In this document: positions 61,881 to 64,000 of the stretch, one piece after another | How the letters are laid out: the number at the start of each line of letters is the position of its first letter | How positions within the stretch are numbered: the first letter of the stretch is position 1 | DNA from: Bdellovibrionales bacterium | GTDB lineage: Bacteria; Bdellovibrionota; Bdellovibrionia; Bdellovibrionales; JAUICD01 | NCBI GenBank assembly: GCA_965203275.1 | Contig: OZ241865.1 | Coordinates: 256,001 to 320,000 of the forward strand | DNA length: 64,000 nucleotides | Reading direction: 5' to 3' | The notes under the pieces: generated by a model | Database searches by the model: none | Told to the model about the DNA's origin: nothing | What the model saw: the letters and a program-made list of their open reading frames with translations, nothing else | Made by a program: the position numbers and the translations under genes

Positions 61881-63587
61881 TTATTTTTTTAAGATAATCA
61901 AAGTTTGGTTTTTTTCTAAAATAGCTTTTTCTACTTCTTTTGTCGATAATGTGTAGTTTTTATACCCTGCCATTTTTAAGGTAATGGGTTTGTTCTTTAA
62001 AAATGTGATTTGTCTAGGAGTTCTTTTGTAAGACCAAACACCATCTATAAAAATTTTAGCTCCTTCTGGAGTGCTTGAGATAAATAAAGTAATGGAAGGC
62101 ACAGGTGTTTTTGCTGTCTGAGATGCCATCTCTTTATTCTTAGGACTTAACATATCTTTAAGTGTTTTAAACATGGAAGTTGTATTTTCTGTCCACTTTG
62201 TTATTTCTTTTTCTGTCTCTTCCGGATGTGTGATCTTAAAATAAAGCAATGAAGAAATACCTGTTGAAAAAATTAAAAATAAACCTATTTGCAAGACAAG
62301 AGAGAAATCTATTCTTTGGATTTTTTTATGATAAGGTTCGTAGTTTGTCTTAATATAATGCTTCTTTCTTGCATAATTTTCTGACTTTTGATGATGATTA
62401 TTATTAGATGAAGCAGAAGGTATTGTTTTAAAATGAATAGACTTAGATGCTTCTGATGCTGTGTTTTGATCAAATAAAACTCTAGAAACTGCTAGATTAC
62501 GTTCTTGATCTGATTCTGCTAGAAAACTATTATTAACAGTAATGGTTTCTGTTTTTTCTTCAACTTCAATGTTCTTTTCTAACAAAGCTTTTTGTATGAT
62601 CTCATCAATTTCCTTAAAGTCGCTTGTATAAGCCTTTTTAATTTTATCACCTAATTGCACCGGACTAAAGTCAGGATCCCACGAACATTTTTTAAGCAGT
62701 TGAGAAAGTTCTTCATGGAGTTCTTTTGCTGAAAATCTTAAGTTTTTATCTCTTACAAGAGCTTTTTTAACAATTTTTTCTACTTCTTTGACATGTTGCT
62801 GTGGAATATTTAATTTTGATTTGGATTCATTATTCATTTGTTCTAATGAAGGAATATGAGCCTCTTTTACTTTTAAAAGAATCTTATTGGCATTTTTAGC
62901 ATAAAATAAACGATCCTTAGCAAGAATTTCCCAAAGTACAACACCTAAAGAAAAAACATCTGTCTTTTGATCTATCTCAAATCCTTCAGCTTGTTCTGGA
63001 CTCATATAATTAAATTTACCTTGCAGTGTGTTCGCTCGCATATTGGCTGGTTGAAATGGATTATTAGAACGTGTTTTGGATATGCCAAAATCAATTAATT
63101 TCACCTCTCCTTCCACATTGATCATCACATTTTGAGGACTAATATCACTGTGTACAATGTTGAGTTTTTCATTTGTTTTAGGATGAATAAATGTGTGTGC
63201 ATAATACAAACCAGATGCCATTTCTTTAGTAATATAAATTTTCTCTGCAAATGTGAGGTCAGTTTTTTTGGAATAAAAGTCTTTTAAAATTTGTCTTAAA
63301 TTTTTCCCTTTAATAAATTCAAGGGCTAAAAATAAATGCTTTTGTTTTTTTTTATTTCTATGAGCAGGATACACAATAGCAATGTTTTTATGCTTCATAT
63401 ACTTTACAATATCTTGCTCAGCTTCAAACATTTTAGCAAAATCTATGTTAGAAGAATAAGCATCCGATATAGTTTTAATAGCCAGAATCTCATTATCGGA
63501 GGATTTAGCCAGATAAATCTCTGCCATGCCCCCCTTACCAATCTGGTGTAACAAAGTATATCTATCAAATTTTTTGTTGACTTCCAT
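61881..63587 (-). CDS. Membrane Ser/Thr protein kinase with a C-terminal PEGA domain
   Basis: IGKGGMAEIY, AIK, HSDISPQN, DFG, YMSPEQ, DVFSLG, TM helix, STPEGAKIFIDG. Confidence 0.92.
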   Translation of the reverse strand: MEVNKKFDRYTLLHQIGKGGMAEIYLAKSSDNEILAIKTISDAYSSNIDFAKMFEAEQDIVKYMKHKNIAIVYPAHRNKKKQKHLFLALEFIKGKNLRQILKDFYSKKTDLTFAEKIYITKEMASGLYYAHTFIHPKTNEKLNIVHSDISPQNVMINVEGEVKLIDFGISKTRSNNPFQPANMRANTLQGKFNYMSPEQAEGFEIDQKTDVFSLGVVLWEILAKDRLFYAKNANKILLKVKEAHIPSLEQMNNESKSKLNIPQQHVKEVEKIVKKALVRDKNLRFSAKELHEELSQLLKKCSWDPDFSPVQLGDKIKKAYTSDFKEIDEIIQKALLEKNIEVEEKTETITVNNSFLAESDQERNLAVSRVLFDQNTASEASKSIHFKTIPSASSNNNHHQKSENYARKKHYIKTNYEPYHKKIQRIDFSLVLQIGLFLIFSTGISSLLYFKITHPEETEKEITKWTENTTSMFKTLKDMLSPKNKEMASQTAKTPVPSITLFISSTPEGAKIFIDGVWSYKRTPRQITFLKNKPITLKMAGYKNYTLSTKEVEKAILEKNQTLIILKK

Positions 63588-63639
63588 ATATTTATAAACA
63601 CTCCATGCCTATTGAGTATATTTCTTCTTTTCCTTAATT

Positions 63640-63666
63640 CCATCGGATAAAAGAGCTAAAATCTTA
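63640..63666 (-). promoter_or_regulatory. sigma28-like promoter
   Basis: Minus strand TAAG-N15-TCCGATGG upstream of the kinase. Confidence 0.35.
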
Positions 63667-63699
63667 AGTCAGATAAGGTCTAGCTTTTATTTCACTCCT

Positions 63700-63932
63700 T
63701 TGTTTCACTAAAAGTAAACCAACCTCTGGTTGCTTTTGGACAGTTAGCCCGACGGCTCTCGCCGTCGATCAAAGGCTGAGTTGTTTCACTAAAAGTGGTC
63801 TGACCTCTGGTCACTTTCTGGCGATGACCACGATGGCTTTCGCCATCGGTAAAATGGTCATCGCCTAGAAAGCCTGACCACTTTTACTAGAAAGGATCTC
63901 TTCGTTTCTTAACACCATGTTAAGGAAACAAG
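63700..63932 (-). repeat. Family 1: truncated copy (63708-63778) joined to a full copy (core 63788-63888)
   Basis: Same architecture; stem variants GGTC/GACC and CTTTCT/AGAAAG. Confidence 0.9.
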
Positions 63933-64000
63933 AGGTTCATTTCTCTGAATTTTTTAAAAAAAAATAAGGAAATTGGGTTTGGAAATTGGAAATCTAGTGA

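Noticed and set aside
7959..63932. Family 1 as simple intrinsic terminators
   Set aside because: Copies also occur between divergent genes and upstream of starts, are multi-branched and nested, and lack a consistent U-tract

Overview
An AT-rich (roughly one-third GC by eye) bacterial chromosome segment, most likely from a Bdellovibrionota-like lineage. This is inferred from the gene set: pilT-pilC-pilS-pilR, fadIJ, a vWA-type lipoprotein, a Ser/Thr kinase with a PEGA domain, ctpA near a xerD-like gene, and many secreted orphans. Housekeeping genes include mtaB, gloB, murC, mpl, def, lepA, fusA, rpsA and tadA. No rRNA, tRNA, CRISPR array, transposase or reverse transcriptase was seen. The main unexplained signal is non-coding: a dispersed ~145-nt element (Family 1) with about 18 complete cores plus many fragments. 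Its sequence varies, but a multi-helix fold is kept by compensatory base changes in every stem. G.T wobbles and GC-G(N)nA-GC loops (mostly GNRA) point to one folded strand. Copies occur as tandem arrays, as nested insertions and as stacks of truncated ends, together with a second ~147-bp repeat (Family 2) and GGGATCC-type heptamer hairpins. Other notable items are a TM/coiled-coil gene family (NH[IL] motif) sharing one promoter, a C12 tract that frameshifts a secreted-protein gene, a Panacea toxin-antitoxin pair, an NlpC/P60-like gene pair between murC and mpl, and a degenerate PilT.
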